NCBI RefSeq assembly: GCF_009914755.1 | Contig: NC_060930.1 | DNA length: 64,000 nt | Origin: the human T2T-CHM13v2.0 reference genome, Homo sapiens | Direction: 5' to 3' (one strand) | In this document: positions 1 to 18,353 of the stretch, piece by piece | Numbering within the stretch: position 1 is the first letter of the stretch | Layout of the letters: each line of letters starts with the position of its first letter | Made by a program: the position numbers and the translations under genes | Notes under the pieces: generated by a model | The model's input: only the letters and a program-made list of their open reading frames with translations | Told to the model about the DNA's origin: nothing | Databases searched by the model: none

Positions 1-3203
<3,203 letters not shown>

Positions 3204-3219
3204 ATATTTATTTTTTAAC

Positions 3220-3863
3220 TTAAATAATTTTTGTCTAGATAAAAATCTTTTTCCACCGGAATTTTGTAGTTGGTCTTTGCCCCCTTCTAGGCTTTTATTT
3301 TGGAGATTATACAATAATTATGATGCCAGTTTGATTTCAGTTCTTTTGTAGTATTTTTTTCTTCCTTGGCAAGATAATGTTTGTTTCTCCTTATCTTTGG
3401 AGTTTTCAAATTTTATTAGGTGGTATCTAGATTGCATTCCACAAATTTGCCCCACCCCCACTGCAACATTCCTATAAAAATTTTATGAAGTGCTCACTCT
3501 CTGAAGATGTTAGTGTTTCATTATTTCCAGTAAATTTTCTTTTATGAATTTCTTCATCATTTTCTGCTTCTTACTTTTCTCTTGATAGGTGTCAGTTCCT
3601 TTGGTTCTCTCCTCTGTGACTGCTTTTCTCTTATTATTTAATGTTTTCATTCTGTTGCACTGAACACTGGAGAATATCTCAGCACAAACTTCCATTTCAC
3701 AAATTAGCTTTAAGCCTATATCATTCTGATATTTGGTATTCATTTTAATTTTACATTTAAATTGTCTTATTTTTAATTGCTTCTTTTTAAGAGTAACCTC
3801 AATCATTTTTGTGGGTGTAATTCTTTTCAAATCTCTAAGAATTCTATTTAGTTTAAAGTTTTC
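3220..3863 (-). mobile_element. Ancient L1M/HAL1-like ORF1 remnant
   Basis: Minus-strand Lys/Glu-rich translation ending KFIKENLLEIMK resembles the ORF1p IxENFPxL motif; highly degenerate. Confidence 0.45.
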
Positions 3864-3868
3864 TGTGA

Positions 3869-4205
<337 letters not shown>

Positions 4206-7200
4206 TGTGATTTCTTTTATTAACCTTGTTTCCTCAGATATTAGCTCCTTGGTTTGGTCTAACACCAGTTTTCACATTGTTAGATTTTCTGAAACATACT
4301 TTTGTATTTCTAATTGAAGGCTGAGATTGGTAAGCAGTGATGGTTAGAGATGATCTTCCCAGCGAAAGTGATTACAATTCTTGCAGAGAGTGAATTTATA
4401 TTCTAATTTTAGAGCAGCTTTGTAGGCAGAGAGAGTGCATGTTTGGACCAGGCAAACCTTCTTCTAGGTTACCCAGAGAGTTTGCCTGATGGATGCAGGG
4501 GCTGCCTCTTCACAAAGGGACCAGAAGTTATCTGGAGCACCACTGGAGTGCTCTCACTCTTTTGCCCCAAAAACATCTGTACGTTTTCTATGGTAGAGTC
4601 TCCATTTTATTTACAGAACTCTAGGCTAGAAGCTCATGATACAATCAGCAGTACAGCAATTCTGCAGCTCACCATCCAATACCCAACTGTGCCTCCAGTC
4701 CCTGCTGTCTTTGATCTTGGTGTTCTTCATGAATTCTGAGAGGAACACTCACTTTGTTAGTAGCCTTCCCTCATGTCTTTTCAATGCTACAGGTTCAGCT
4801 CTATTCGATTTTTACCAGCAATCTGATCCCATCTGCCTCAAACATTCTAGAAATTCTCCCACTGTTCTGGTCTCTGGCTGGCATCCTTCCCAGGTTTCTA
4901 GCGCTACCATGGATTCATCCTTATTTTTAAATCTCTGCTGTTATTTGAGTGGCATCATGGAAACAGGCAAGATTGATACATATGCTCAGATATCCATCAT
5001 GAAGCAGAAAAACTCTGTTTCGAGTTTTAGTAATAAAACTTGATTTCTTCTAAGGAATCAGCATAGTCGAGTTTACAAAACTCATCATTTTTCTTTTGAT
5101 TTCAGCTTTGAATAACAGTTTCAGAAATATTAAGTGTTTTGTCACATGTTTGTACACGTATTTCTATATCTTCATAACTATGCAAATTCAATATTTTTCC
5201 ATTTTACAGATGAAAAAATAAATACTTGGAAAGTTTTAATTAGTAAGTGATTTGAACAATGTAATGCTTTCCAAAATCGTACTTTTCCAAAGGATAAATT
5301 GATTCAAATATAAAACACTGAAGACTTCATAGCATAACTTAAACTACTAAGTTTTATGGTTTAGTAATTTCAATCAGGACTAGTTCTATATAATAATTCA
5401 GTAATAATTTCTTCATTGCTGATTTCGAAGAGGACATTAAATGTTTGCACTGATTTTGGCAGAGATTGTCTCTAAATTCATTAAATATTTAGTTTTTCCA
5501 CACACATTATTCTATTGACCATTTTTCTTATCCTTTTAGAGACAATGATCACTACAATACATTAATAAATGTGTATATGCTTATAATATTTATATCTGTA
5601 TCACAGATATAAGGTGATATATTGGCAACAATTATCTTCATGATCTTAGTATCAACTATACCTATTTCTGTGGCATAAGAATTGGTTATACTACAATATG
5701 GTACAACCATATACCTATATACTACAAAATTGATATATATTACAATAAACATTTCTGGAAAACTAAACAAAACAGTTAAATGATAATATTCATCAATAGA
5801 AATAAAACAGAGCATTTTTATAACTTTAAATGCATGCTTATCTTTTTAACAACTCATCTGTGGTTATCTAAAACTTCAAGAATCCATTGCGATGCACTTC
5901 TGCAGGTTGACATTAATAACCACAGAGCTCTGGGAGAGAAACATTGCTTACGTTTCTTGAAATATGAAAATTTTTAAAATTCCAGTTCCTCATTTAAACT
6001 AGAGAAAACTGTTAGTGATGTGACTAAAAACTGTGTTAATTATGAAATGCTAATGACATCATGTAAGTGAGTTAAAAGGATTCTTTTAACATGCTTTACC
6101 ATTGGTGTTACTTGTTGTCACTCCAAATAGGTTTGAGATCAAGAATGACCCAGGCTAGTTTTTATATTTCTTTGGTAACTGCCACTTGCCAAATCATGGA
6201 ATCTGGAATTAAGCTTGAAACTATTTGCACGTTCTCTAAGAAAAAAAATGGAGTAGACGAAAATATCTTTATCACTCCCAATACCCAAATAGTTAACTTT
6301 TTATTTTCAATTGATATTTCAACTGTAACAATTAAACATACACAGGAAACATATCTTAATTTAGTTATTAAATGTGACTATATGTTTTCTCTGCTTTCTT
6401 GTCATGTTCAGCCATTTTCAAAGCCCTTTGTGTGGGTATAGCTGGTATTTAGAACATAGGGATATTTTTTCCTCCTCCCTTCCTCCATTCCTTCCTTCAC
6501 TCCTCTTTCTTTTCTTTCTTTCTCTGCCCCCCCCTCAACTTTCTCTCACCTTTTCCACCCTTGTGTACTTTCTCTCCCTCTACTTTCCTCCCATTATTTT
6601 TTATTTCTGGCTGTCATCATTTGATTCTTAGACTTAAGGTATAAATTATACATTAAGAGTGTAGGTCTATATGCTAAGTATATTTGAGGCTAAGGTAATC
6701 ATTTTGCGTTTATCACATTTAGTAGCACTTTAAGCATCTAAACTCTTTTATTCTTCCCCCCTCCTTTTCTCCATTCTGAGTTGCTATTTATGTGAGTGCT
6801 TATGCTTGCATGTGTTTTTTTTCTAATTCACTTACTCAGAATTCTTAGTAGTGGTCAATTATTTCTTCATTTTATCACCTGGTTCTTGAAGGAAGCAGCC
6901 TATTCTGAAAATGTTTAAAAGAAATGAAAATCAAAATAAACTGAAAGTGAATTCATGGTATAATTTGACTGATCAGAGTACTATTTGTCTTATTTTCTTA
7001 AAGTTCAGATTGTTTTCTAATTACATTTTTGTTTTTAATCTGTTTTTTAAAATTCTGACGAAGTGATATATTTCTATTCATTTCTAGTTACAGCCAGAAA
7101 CTAGAGAAAAATGATTTTCAGAACCAAAAATTTCTGCTTTATATTTTTGTGGAGACCTTTAGGGAGGCATCTTATACCAACAAGGATCAAACGTTGACCA

Positions 7201-7974
7201 AAATTGTGGAACAAATTGAATTAATCTTAATGAAGACTGAACTAAACACAAATATTTGAACCACCACTTGAAAAAATACATTCTTGACAATGAATGTTTA
7301 TCTTTTATTTGTGATTATGAACATAGTTCATATTGATGACATAATATTTCTAAAGTAGAGAAAAATATAAAGGAAAGAAAGAGCAACCATAACCTCATCA
7401 CCAAGAGATATTTACTACAACAATTGGATATACTGCTTTTCTATATATTTTTGGTGCACATATATTTGTATACAAGTATACACATATTTTAAAACTTGCT
7501 GTGTATATAGCCAAGCCTTTAAAAATTATTAATATAATTGGTTCAACTGGAAGCAAGCTCGTTTTCTAAAATCACTAAACCAGAGAATCAAAATATTCTT
7601 TGAACTAAACAATTATTTCATTTTAAATCGATCTATTACAGACACATTTTTCAAATTCTTAAGTATTCTTCTAAATAGTCTCATTAGTTGTATCATATCA
7701 TTGTAATTTTAATCATTAAGGGACAGGAGAAAGATTCTCCTGTGTGTTTTGTTGTTGGAATCCTAATTTTATTCATTAATTTTAGAAGCTCTTTTTAAAA
7801 AATTGTTATGAAATCTACTGTTGAAGAAAGTTTTAAATTTGCTCTGAAGAAACTATTTTAAATTTGCTGCTGCCAAACTGTTCTAAGATCTCAAACTAAT
7901 GCAATAACCCTTCTTATGGAAATAGAACTTAATAGCTGTAGTGTGTGATCCATTTGAGCTGAGCCTCTCAGGAG

Positions 7975-8178
7975 TAGGTGTGGATTCAAGGTTGTTAGGT
8001 ATGATTTGGAGAGCCTTTTAAAATAAAAATATACAAAATTATATTACACTTGGTGAAGGTAATAAAAAAATATTTCCACAAGTACATTGCTAGGGCTCCT
8101 CCCAGTGTCTTGAAAAGAGCCCATGTAAGTGAGCAGCCCTGAAGCTTAGAGCTTTCTTCATATTAAATTTGCCTTGAC
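7975..8178 (+). mobile_element. MER53-like non-autonomous hAT DNA transposon
   Basis: Motifs aaataaaaatatacaaaatt and agcccatgtaagtgagcagccctgaagctta resemble the recalled MER53 consensus. Confidence 0.6.
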
Positions 8179-8719
8179 TCAGGAGTTAACATTAGTTTTC
8201 ATTTCAAAAGCATAGTTACATTTTACAAATTACATTACTGAAAATTGATTTATAGTTTCCGTGGAAAGAAATGGTGAGGGCATGGTGGGGAGAGCCAGGG
8301 GCTACACTGAACATCCTGCAGCCAAGAGTAAGAGAGGGGTTATGTACCTGAAGTTTCAGGTGATGGCCTCATCAGTGACATATTAATAGAGAATGATTGG
8401 CAAATATTCAGAAATCAGAAAAGGCAGTATAAGCTGGTAGTGAAATAAGGGGGAAGATCTGAAGCAGAAATAGAAGTGCCCATCTCAGGATTTCAGAAAG
8501 TAATCAGAAAGGCCTTTCCCAGGGAAATGCAGGTGATATTGTTCATGGCTGGTGCTCACTCCTGAGGTTTGATGGGTGGGAGGTCCACTTGGGCTCAAAG
8601 GATCAGACACGGGGTGCAATAGACCTACAATGTAACAATGAACCAGAAATATTCTCAGTTTAGCTGGGCATTCTAAAGTGAGACAACTTTCCATCTTCTA
8701 AATTGCTGAAGAAGCAAAA

Positions 8720-8835
8720 TTTGAAATCAGAAAATCTGGGTCTTAGATCTCCTGCTAACTCTTAGGAGCTGTGTAATCTTCAGCAAGATTTCAATCTCCC
8801 CAAGGTTCAGTTTCCTTATTTGTAAAATAATGATA
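8720..8835 (+). mobile_element. MIR fragment
   Basis: Core agctgtgtaatctt...cagtttccttatttgtaaaat. Confidence 0.75.
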
Positions 8836-8839
8836 TTAA

Positions 8840-9370
8840 GTATTTTTCTGGTTGTCTATTGATATGTAACAAATCACTCCCAAATTTAGTGGTTTAAATG
8901 ATAACATGCATTTTTGTCATGATTGTGTAATGTGAGCAGGGCTCAGTGGCATAGCTTGTCTCTGTGCTACTGAGAGTTAGCTGGGGTGGCTCAAAGGCTG
9001 GGGGATGGAATCATCATCATTTGCTGAGTTTGCTCACAAGCCTCCCTGGCAGTTGACACTGGCCATCTGCTGGAACCTCAGAATGTGGCTGGAAGGTCTA
9101 CACATGGCCTCTCTACGTGGCTGCTTGGCTTCCTCCTAGCATGGTGGCTACTTTCCAAGGGCAAGTATCCCTAGGTGTACAGGAAAAACCTGTAGCACCT
9201 TCATGACTTAGCTTCAGAAGTCATCCAGATCACAGTCACAGACCCACTATCATTTAAAGGGAGGGAGCAGGGTCTATGTCTCAATGGAGGAGTTATAATT
9301 CACGTTGTAGGAAGAACATGTGGAAGGGGATATATCCCTGGGGCCATCTTTAGAAAATGCAATCCTGCTG
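8840..9370 (-). mobile_element. MLT1-family (MaLR) solo LTR
   Basis: tgtaacaaatcactcccaaatttagtggtttaa and ggcttcctcctagcatggtggc are MLT1 hallmarks. Confidence 0.8.
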
Positions 9371-9389
9371 CTAAGATAATAATAGGATA

Positions 9390-9620
9390 TGTTTATCAAG
9401 AGCATTTAATATGTATCAAGCGCTAAGAGATTTACATACATACATCACCTCCTTTAATTTATCACCAAACACTCTGAGGTAGGTACTGCAATTATCATCT
9501 CTATTTTTGAGATAAGAAAAATGCAGCATAGGGAGTCTTATTTCACCAATAATATATTTAAGGTGTGGAGTTGAGATTTGAACCCATGGCTCTAGAGTTT
9601 GTACTTTTAATCCTTCGCAG
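9390..9620 (-). mobile_element. MIR
   Basis: ctctgaggtaggtactgcaattatcatctctatttttgagataagaaaa...gatttgaaccc. Confidence 0.75.
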
Positions 9621-11282
9621 CAGTTATTTTCAGGATCAAACAAGAACATATACATAAAAATGCTTTGTGAATTCTAAATTTGCTATCCAAATTTAAATCT
9701 TTTTAAAGGAAAAACTTTGGGAAACTTTTTCAGAAATATTAATATTTTAGATTTCAGACACACAATGAATGTGTGTCTGGTTGGCTACAAAATTAATATA
9801 ACAAATAATATTGTAATATTTTTGGTGTTTCCAGAGGTAAACTTCTGAGAATCTTTCGTTTTAAAAGAATTGTCTATGATCATTCCACTCTCTCATCCCA
9901 GCATCCTTGGCCATTTCCCTAAAAGTACAGACCATCCCTTGCATTTTCATTATGAAATCAGAGAATGTTAGTTAAAGCTGTAAAAACCCTAAGATTTTAC
10001 ATGACCCAACTCGCTTTTGTATTCCTAGAGTCTTTAGATGTGGTTTCCAGAAGCTTAAATGACTTTTGAGAATAAATAATGATTTCGGTCACTTTTCCTC
10101 CCTGATATTTTCCGGTACATGTAAAATTTCTAGCAGTTTAACTTTACAGCCCTAAAGAATGACTGACTTGGGGTGAAAATTTTCTTTTTAATTTCTTTTG
10201 GTGGTTAAATATTTGAACATTTTATTGGAATTTTTCTTTTTTCATCTATTAATATTTAACCAAATAGCAATATATGTGTAGTACAGGAAGGAGAATAGAA
10301 GATAACATTCCCATGTTCCTACAGCTTGCATTATATAGAAGCAGCCTCCAGAAGCAGTGACTGGTTTCAGAGTAGCAGGCACTTACTATCTAGGATATAT
10401 GGCCTTCTTCTTGAAGTGCAGTGTTTCATTAAACAAGACAAAGAATTCCCGTGTGTGTGTGAGTATGTTTGCGGCAGGGAAATCAATTCCAATTATACCA
10501 CACAATACCACATTCTTGTCCTACGTGAAGCCTTCTATAAAGAGTTGTGGGCAGGAAAAAGCCAGAACCTCCATGGCAGGTGTTACTGCAGTTCACTGAG
10601 AGGCTGCACAGAGCAACTTGGGAAGATGACAAGGACTTGTGGCCTTTGATTCATCTTGAGCTGAACCTTAGGCTGAGTTCTTAGTGAAGCTAGGCCACTC
10701 TAAGGCTGTTTGAGATAGAAGGTTGTGATTTGATGGCAACTGCACATTGTTAAAGGTCCCAAACTCTAGCCTGGGTCTGTTTTGCGTGGTCATTATTAGG
10801 ATCTCCCTATGGCAGACACTTCTGCAACAGAAAGGGCCCAATTTGATTTCTGAATGTTGTGCCAGTCGGGGCTTCTCTGACTCCCCAGGGAATTCAAGTT
10901 ATCATCTCAGTATCATGGTGTGTCCTGAGCCTGGACTCCTAAGGCTAGAGTCATAGATGTTCAGATTTTTTATTTTGTTTTTCTATCCAGAGCAAAAATA
11001 TCACTCAGAGCACCATTTTGCAACTAGACATTCTTGGTGGTCAGACTATAAAATTTCAGATGTATTGGCTTTAGAAAGGCAATTGTAGGAAAAAAATGCC
11101 AGTTGTCAATACTCAACCCAATGCTTCATTGTATATTTAAGATGATTAGTGTAATTGGAAGTCATGGGGAATTCTACCACCATATAGTTTTAACTCACAC
11201 TGCAATGGCTGAAGATCCTGATACTTCACTAAAATTTTACTTTTATTCCCACTGTTGTTTTCTGAGACTCTAGATTTAGTTT

Positions 11283-11342
11283 TCTCTTTCTTTCCCTCCC
11301 TCCCTCCCTCCCTCCCTTCCTTCCTTCCTTCTTTCTTTCTTT
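11283..11342. repeat. (TCCC)n(TTCC)n(TTTC)n compound microsatellite
   Basis: Direct reading. Confidence 0.85.
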
Positions 11343-12717
11343 CGTAAAAGACAAATAATTTTGTGAAGAATTTTATCAGTCAGTACACTTATGAGTTTTA
11401 ACAATTGTGTATTTCCTGAAAGTAAATAATGAAAATAAATTTCTTAAGAAAAATAGGTGGAGGATGTTAGATAGTTAAGAGAAAGTGAATATTGAACAGT
11501 TGAGAATTAGCTAACTAGTTTTATTTTATATTTTTAAGTTTTAATGTTTTTATTTAAAGTACCATGGTAGGTAAAGCTCAATACTGTGCTAAGATTTAAA
11601 GAAAACTTTATGATATGCTTTTCTTTCACCTCAGTGAACTCACCGTTTACTATATTTTATTAATAATAAATTTATTCAGTATTTCCAGAAGGTAAAACTC
11701 CAGAGAATCTTATTATTTTTGTACTAAAATTTCACTAGTTTCACCAAGAAGAGTCTGAGAAAGGAGACACCTAATTTTTGAGAAATGCAATATTAGGAAG
11801 CAAAAGGTTTTATCTGAGTTTAGGCTGTGACATTGTAGTGCAATAGTAATGCAACTGTAAGGCTAGCCCCCCTCTCAAGTTCCTTCTAATTTCTAGAAGG
11901 AGATAAATATATGCACGAAAATTTATCTACCATCATGAGTCTTCAACCTTCTTTGTTAAGTAATTCTTCTTAGTGTAGAATTAGCACCATCAGCACTACT
12001 GATGATCACAGATGGAAGTTCTTGCCACTTTTTGAGTCAACCTAACAATAGTAAACTGGGAGATCCAGGTATGTTCTCTTTCCCCCAAGGCCTACCTCTT
12101 CTCCCTGGAGCAAAGTTACTCCATAATAACTATTAAAATATTACATTATGTTTCAGGAGTTAGAATAATTAAACAATGTCTACTTCTCTAGGTGCTGATT
12201 TACTCAGTTAAGACCTAGGCACTAAGAAGACAGCACACATTTCATTGATTATGTCATTGAGCAGTGGCTGATGATGAATTTGTCTGTACTGTCCTAGAAT
12301 GTTGTAATTCTCAAGTAGAATTTTAGACTTTTTTTCATTTGCTTTATTTCCCGTTTTGTATAAAATTCTGAATGACAACCTAGAATTTTTTGTGTGGCAA
12401 TGTGGTAGAAAAGGTGTTATCCCCAAAATTAGGAGCCCTGGGTTTCAATGTGATCTTGGGCAGATTTATTTTTCTGCACCTCAGCTGTAATGTGAAGATT
12501 ATGGATAAAATAATCTCTAAGTCTCTTCAAGTTTTAATATTATATATGATATGGTATATATATAATATATATAATTTTAATAAAATGCAGAAAATACACA
12601 CATACACACTGCCACTTGCAGAGGCTCTAGAAGGGCAGTGATACCTCCACTCGGACAAAGAGTTTGTCCAGCAGACTAATCATATATTTGCTGACTGAAT
12701 TGGTCAACAATTGCAGG

Positions 12718-13440
12718 AGAGTGAATTTATTCATTTAACAGAAGTTATTGAATGGAAACTTTGTTTAGGCACTGTTCTGGACAAAGGTGATACAGACATG
12801 ACCCTTATCTTTAGAAAGTGCACACACCAGTGTGGTATGCAGGCATCAAGCAAACAACCACACATCCATGGTTATATATTTATCTATGTCCAACCATAAG
12901 TGCTGTAAAGAGAATAAACGGAGTGTGGTGAAGAAGCCAAGATAGGGGCCACTTTATATAGGATGGCCAAGGAGGACCTCTATGAGGAAGAGACAGAGCT
13001 GAAACCTGGATGATGAATAGGAGTAAGCCTAGCAAAGCCAAAGGAAACAAATGAGTGAAGTCTCCCGGCAAGGAAAGAACTTGTCACATTTGATAATGAA
13101 AAGAAGTCCAATGTGGCTGTAAAAGTGAACTCACAGAGCGGAAAGAAGTAAGGCTGGCAAAACAGGGATACTGGAAGTCACATGGAACATCTTAAGCTAT
13201 AAAGGAGTTTTGGACTTTATCCTAAGTGTCAGGGGAAACCACTAAAGAGATCTGAGCCAGTAAATAATTTGATCCAATTATGTTTAAGATAGCTATGATT
13301 TCTAGGTTGAGAATGGATCGGAGAGGAAAAACAGTGGATGTGGTGGGGGGGGACCACATTGAAGGATATGGCAATAGTCAAGGAGCGAGCCAATGAAGAC
13401 TTACATTAAGGTAAGATAATACAGATAGATTCAACATATC
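12718..13440 (-). mobile_element. L2 3' fragment
   Basis: gaatttattcatttaacagaagttattgaa tail, then purine-rich L2 body (ggagttttggactttatcctaagtgtcaggggaaaccact). Confidence 0.8.
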
Positions 13441-15214
13441 ATTAAGAAGTTGACAGATTATAGGTGAGCAAGTGTAAGGAAATAAAATGATTTCATTATG
13501 AATGGGCATATGGAATATATCTAAGTTAACTTCCATTAAAGACAACTTTTTCATGTATCACATGCACAGGTGTGCATGTGTGTGTGGGTGTGGGTGTATT
13601 TGGAATTGTCCCACATTTTATTGTGTATTCCTCTCCTCTTGTTTTGTTAACTGAAAAGATCTGTAATTTACTCCTATTTTAGAATGGGTCCAGGAAACAG
13701 ACATATGATGAAGGTACAGTTTTGATGACCTTATTTCCTAATCCTTCAGAATCAAGACCTACTTTAAAACCTAGTATAGATTTTTTTCCCTGGGGAAGTC
13801 TGTCTTATTCTTAACTGGGTGTAGATATTCTCTCCTCTGGTCTGCACTTCAGCACCCTGTACACAGCTACAATCATTCCTTTGCAGGTCTCACTCTTCCA
13901 GAAAGCTATGAATTTATCTAGTGCATGGGATTTCTTCCATTTGTTTGTCTCCAAAGGCCTAGTTCTACCTGGCATGTACATGCTGGAAAACATTGAACAA
14001 CAAAGAGATCATATTGATTCATAGGATGTAATAGTTGTCTTTCTATGTCCTCTGGTGATAGTGTGAAAACTGAAGACTAAAGAGTGGCTTACCTGAGTTT
14101 TTCATTTCTGCTATCATCTCTCTGAAATGAGTCAGAGACATTGGAGGCTATCATATGGCAGGCAGTCATAGAGCTTGGCAAACTGTCCTTGGAAGAGCTA
14201 AATCAACAATACCTATGTGGTTCATTAATTTAAAGCTTTTGGAATTGGAAGGAGCCTCAGAGGAGATCTAGTCCTACAACTGACTCACTCTGTACTGCAA
14301 CATTACAGCCGAATTTGTCTAAAATGCTGGATTCCTAATTTTGGGCTTCTCAGAAATAATGTCTCTTTTCTTAGTTTTTATTGGTGAAAACTAATGATGA
14401 CTTAATAGCAAAAAGGAAAATTAGACACTAACACATTCTCATTTTTTGGCTACTAATTAATTAAATTGCATTTGTACACAAGGACAGGGGAAAAGATATG
14501 GCATATAGATTAGGGGAGATGACAGAGGATGATTTCCATTCTGGTTCTTTGTGAACTATTCCTTTCTATTTTATTTATGTATATCTTTAACCTTCATATT
14601 CTTATGAAAACTACCTGTCTTCCTTGCCCATCTTTTTCCCTCTCAGGAGTCCTCTTGTCAAAATGTGCTGTGAAGATTTTAAATAATGGCCATTAGAACT
14701 TCCCATCAGAGAGTGTTTGATAATGATCTAAGGATGATCAAAGCACCTGGGACCCAACTGCATGTGGAATTGACAAAATCAACCTTTTGTGCAATCCTGT
14801 GCTTTGCAGCCCTCACCTCCTTGGCAACATGACGCCTCAGCTGCCTGCTGCCTTCAGAAGGATCTGTGGAACCAAAGCACGTTAGGATATCAGGGCTTTA
14901 ATGGGTTACCTCTCCTAGGATCATTTTTCTTTTCAGGAGCAAGAGAAAAGTAATATCTTGATAATGGTAGAATTTCTTAGGTTAGAAGGGCCCCTGCCAT
15001 CATTTTCGATAACATCATATGTAAGTCTTATCCTCAAAATCCTGGCCTGTGGAGCAGATAAGATGCCCAGTGACATTTACTGGCTTGTATTCTTGGCACT
15101 TCATTGACTTGGGCTTGCCCAGTGTTCCACACAGGCACAGTGTGTCACCCCTCCCTGTGGTCTACCCGCTATAGATGCCTACTCATATGTCTCATTCTCC
15201 TGCAGCATATTGAA

Positions 15215-15415
15215 TACCACTGTGGGCTCTGGAGTCTCACTGCCTGGGCTGTGTTCTCCTCTCTCCCATTTACTACATGTGGGAACATAAGGAACCTTTC
15301 TGAGCCCCAGTTTTATTGTATGCAAAATGGCATGTTGTGGGTTTCTGAAGACAAGGAGATAATGAATGTAAAGGGCTTAATTTGGTACCTAACACATAGA
15401 GCTCATTAAATGTTT
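15215..15415 (+). mobile_element. MIR
   Basis: gggctctggagtctcactgcctggg...ctgagccccagttttattgtatgcaaaatggg...acatagagctcattaaatgtt. Confidence 0.75.
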
Positions 15416-15449
15416 CCAAAACAAATAATTACAAACTCTCATATGGTAC

Positions 15450-16147
<698 letters not shown>

Positions 16148-16152
16148 GATAC

Positions 16153-16370
16153 TTACTATATGATAATATTTGCATATATATAAATTATTTAATTCTTAAT
16201 GATAACCCTAAGAGGTGGTTACTATTATGGCCATTTTATAGGTGAGGGAGCCAAAGCACAAGGAGATTAGCTGACTTACCCAAAGTCTCATAGCTAGTAA
16301 ACAGTAGGGAGTTAGAATTTGAGCCCAGGACTCTCTGCTGCCAGAGCGCCTGCTTATCACCATTCTGCAA
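16153..16370 (-). mobile_element. MIR
   Basis: ccattttataggtgagggagccaaagcacaaggagattagctgacttacccaaagtctcatagctagtaa. Confidence 0.8.
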
Positions 16371-17822
16371 TGCTATCTCTCCTATAGATGGATGACATCA
16401 CTCCAAAAGTATTGGCAAAGCCATTGGAAAACTCCTCTGCACAATCTGAATCCAAGTGAAATGCAGGTCTGACTAAGGCTCTGTGATGTGAAGTGGTGTG
16501 GAATGAGCCTTTCCTACCATGATGCAGAAAACCTGGGCTAGACTTACAGACACATAGTAAGAGATGTCGGAGGTTACTCAGTGTAACTCCTTCACTTCAC
16601 ATATAAGAACACTGTAACCCAGGGCAGTGCAAGAACTTGCACACAGTCATAGTTACATTGAGGCAGAACCAACCACTGGTTAGGTTTCCAAGGGCTTTTA
16701 TTTTATTTTTAATTTTAGTGGGTGCATAGTAAGGGTATATATTTATGGAGTACATAAGATATTTTGAAAGAGGCATATAATGCACAGTAACCACATCAGG
16801 GTAAATGGGGTATCCATCACCTTAAGCATTTACCCTTCATGTTACAAACAATCCAATTCTACTCTTTATTTTAAAATGTGCAATTAAATTATTATTAACT
16901 GTAATCACCTTGTTATCAAATACTGGATCTCATTCATTCTTTCTATTTTTTTATACCCATTAACTATCCCCACTTTCCCCTCACCCCCCAACTACCCTTC
17001 CCAGCCTCTGGGAACCATCCTTCTACTCACTATCTCTAAGAGTTCAATTGTTTGAATTTTAGCTTTCACAAATAAGTGACAACATGCAAAACTTGTCTTT
17101 CTGTGCTTGGCTTATTTCACTTAAGATAATGACCTCCAGTTCCATTCATGTTGTTGGAAATGAGAATATATCATTCTTGTTATGGCTGAACAGTACTTCA
17201 TTGTGTATATATACCACATTTTCTCTATCCATTTGTCTGTTGATAGACACTTGGATTGCTTGCAAATCTTAGTCATGGTAAATAGTACTGAAATAAACAT
17301 GGTAGTGCAGATATGTCTTCAATATACCGTTTTCTTTTCTTTTGGGTCTATACCTAGAAGTGGGATGCTAGAATATATGGTAGCTCAGTTTTTAGTTTTT
17401 TGAGGAGCCTCCAAACTGCTCTCCATAGTGATTGTACTAATTTACATCCCTACCAACAGTGTATGAGGGTTCCCTTTCCTTCACATCCTCACCAGCATTT
17501 GTTATTGCCTGTCTTTTGGAAAAAGCCATTTTAACTGGGGTGAGATCTCTTTGTAGTTTTGACTTGAATTTATCTGATAACCAGTGATGTTGAACACCTT
17601 TTCAGATACCTGTTTACTATTTGTATGTCTTCTTTTGAGAACTGTCTATTCCGATCTTTTGCTAATTTTTTAAAAGGACTATTAGATTTTTTTCCTGTAG
17701 AGTTGTATGAGCTCCATATATATTATGGTGATTAATCCCTTGTCAGATGGGTAGTTTGCAAATAGAGCTGATAAAGAAATTCAGTAAAGTTGCAGGATAC
17801 AAATCAATATTTAAAGCATTAG

Positions 17823-18353
<531 letters not shown>

